Assembly: GCA_951406725.2 (NCBI GenBank)
Contig: OX597818.1
Location: forward strand, 106,082,001-106,146,000
Source of the DNA: Octopus vulgaris
Lineage: Eukaryota
Direction: 5' to 3'
DNA length: 64,000 nucleotides
The position numbers and the translations under genes were made by a program. Below are positions 61,766-64,000 of the stretch, in pieces; the first letter of the stretch is position 1; each line of letters opens with the position of its first letter. The notes beneath the pieces are model-generated. The model saw only the letters and a program-made list of their open reading frames with translations, had not been told where the DNA came from and searched no databases.

Positions 61766-64000
61766 CTCACCTTAATGAAATGAAATGGGCATTCTTCGTT
61801 GAAATGTCTAAGCAGAACTGAAGCGAAGGAACACAGATGGAAGGCAAAGCTTTTATCAGAACTTTCATCATAAGTTTCAAAATTCTTTTACATTCCAAAT
61901 TCCATATTGGCTGCAACTCACCCAATATCTTTTAGAACATAGTCAATTTATAAGATTTGCAGGTAAATTTCTAAATTAACATACGATCAACAGCATGTTG
62001 GTATTAATCTACCAAAGGAAAAAGGGTAAGCTTATTCATTTTTCATGTTGTAAATGTGGTTAAATGCAGAGTTTGCCCCTCTGATATCCTGTTTTTTTAT
62101 TTCCTTCATCGTTCAGTCTTGTAGAAATAATTTTCTTTTTTCCACCTTTGATAAAAAAATTTTTTTAAATTGATCATATTCCTGCTTGCATTGTATTTTT
62201 TTTATTTCTGAGAATAGTCAATGACTTGGTAAAGAAGTCAATAGGTATACAAACATACTTAGAGGAATCTTAGATATTGTTACAGAGAAACTTTAGTGTA
62301 CAAATGATATAATAGATCAATCAGGGATTAAGTCCAGTATAGTCAGGCTTGAAAACACAAATTTTCTGCAAAAAAATTAACACCACAAAGAAGGAAAAAT
62401 AGCGTACATCACAGACCATTGTTATTTCAAGACGCTCCTGTTCTGAAAGTTTCCATAATCTCAGAAATTTTGCAATGTGGAGCAAGTCTGGTTTCGTCCA
62501 CTTTCTCTCGCCCAAAATCCAATGTATTTGTGAATTTTTTTTTTTCCTTTTTTGAGACAGGCTTTGGCAATTTATGACATTGCATGCCAACAAGTTCCTT
62601 AAAGCATTCACTCAAAACATACAGAAATAATTGCATTACCAACACTGACTTTGGACGCTCAGAAGAAGTAACAGCTGAGGTGGCTGCAGCTCTCACGTTC
62701 CGACTGAATTCACCCACCTTCGCAGAATATAATCACAAAACCCTGCAAATAAACTAAAAAAGACATCTTAATCAGGTTGTCAAAGGGTTACCCCAGCATA
62801 CACTACACCTGTAGTTTCGTATTTATTACTAAGTAGCTCTGCGTAAAGTTTCGTAGCCATTCGTTAGTGTTTCGGTGACACTGTTATTGTTTATAGTTTA
62901 TCTCAAGTCATGTTTATTTGTTGATATATTTTTAAATATGGAAATTTAGGCTTAGAAAATAATATTCTGAGTAAGTGGAAATTTTTTTTGAAATACGAGA
63001 TTGCTCACGTTCAGTTTAGTGAGATTTTTCTCATATTATAGCTAAGTTACGCTATACACAAAAAAAATTAACGGAGACCCAACGAAAGATTTATTCAGTT
63101 AAATAAATACACGAAGGCGACAGCGGCTGGTTAAAAAGGAAACCTGCTTCCACGGAAGTCGAGCTCACTGGCCGGCCCGCAGCGAAGTTCCTGTATTCTG
63201 TTTGTCTAGCGTAAATCCTTGGAATTTACCCTACATACAACTTCCCCACGCCGAACTGTTGACTGTCATTGTTGGAACCAAGAAGGCGTTTTAACTGCCC
63301 TGCTTGTGTGTGTGGGCACTTTAGCTCTTTGGTGACTGTTTCTTGCCAAGGGTTTGTGTGATTTGCCTGGGGCGGTCCCTGTTTGGTGGTTCAGCTACTT
63401 GGACGGTTTCAACCCATCGATGGAAACTGTATCTTGTCATCCGCCAATTAGGAGTTGGAGCGATTTGTCAGCCGGAAATATGACTTCAGATGAGTCATTG
63501 TAGGGTGACTGGAGGGTTTTTTGTTGTGTATCATGTCGAACTGACCCAAAGTTAGCCGTGCGGAGGTCGTTTGGTAGAGATTATCTGGGTGTACCATGTG
63601 TTGACATGGGAATGCAACTGGCCCACAGTCTCTCACTTGCACGAGGTACCTTTCGGCCGAAATCAAGAAAGTACAGTGCCGCTTTTATTCTTTCTTCCTC
63701 TCTTGTCAGCTCAGTGTAATCTCTACTCTTTCTCTCTCTACTAGCAGACCGCAAATTCCTCACTATCGATTACCAACCTGTCGGCGAACCTTTTGTCACT
63801 GTCACTACGATTATTGCTGTCTTACTAACTACTTTCCGGACAAAAAAAAAAAAATTAATAATCCTTCTTTTTGTGGTGTGATATATCCACCCGGCATAAG
63901 AGCCCTTATGCACCGCAGAAACATCAACTTGATGGACTTAAAAGAATTACTGCATTCTGATTATACTTGTTCCATTAGCCGCTACAATATGATTGTTTTC

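Noticed and set aside
62427-62717. 96-aa minus-strand ORF
   Set aside because: Non-ATG start, contains an A-run, no recognisable domain.
62775-62791. piggyBac-like terminus AAAGGGTTA
   Set aside because: TTAA is incomplete and no matching opposite end was found.
63400-63450. Minus-strand hammerhead-like relic (CGGATGA...GAAACCGTC) and adjacent ORFs
   Set aside because: Core and stem III are both defective, and the ORFs show no recognisable GIY-YIG or RT motif.

Overview
This is eukaryotic, AT-rich, microsatellite-rich DNA made almost entirely of repeats. The SINE types, RTE LINEs with (ATG)n tails and TTAGGG-type repeats suggest a mollusc, most likely Octopus (inference). No host protein-coding gene can be supported; most ORFs in the track are simple-repeat artefacts or transposon fragments. 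Left third: several RTE-clade LINEs, including a near-complete frameshifted copy at 6.8-10.7 kb with a PHD-type zinc finger inside the RT and a 3'UTR array of putative pseudoknots. There is also a Gypsy provirus (13300-17754, 5-bp TSD) interrupted by a Tc2/pogo-like MITE and a piggyBac derivative, plus Helitron-like pieces and tRNA-derived SINEs. Centre: a 13-bp satellite (3.6 kb), then ~2 kb of degenerate (CCCTAA)n, a 22-bp satellite (1.25 kb), a short CCCTAA run, an ~11 kb mosaic of local duplications and a decayed CCCTAA tract. Together these look like an internalised chromosome end. The mosaic contains a young ~575-bp palindromic Penelope-like insertion carrying two minimal hammerhead ribozyme motifs, and an unidentified, highly structured GC-rich insert. 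Right third: Tc1, CR1, RTE and Penelope-like foldback remnants, with weak signs of a spliced minus-strand non-coding/small-ORF transcript. All coordinates were read by eye and may be off by a few bases at degenerate boundaries.
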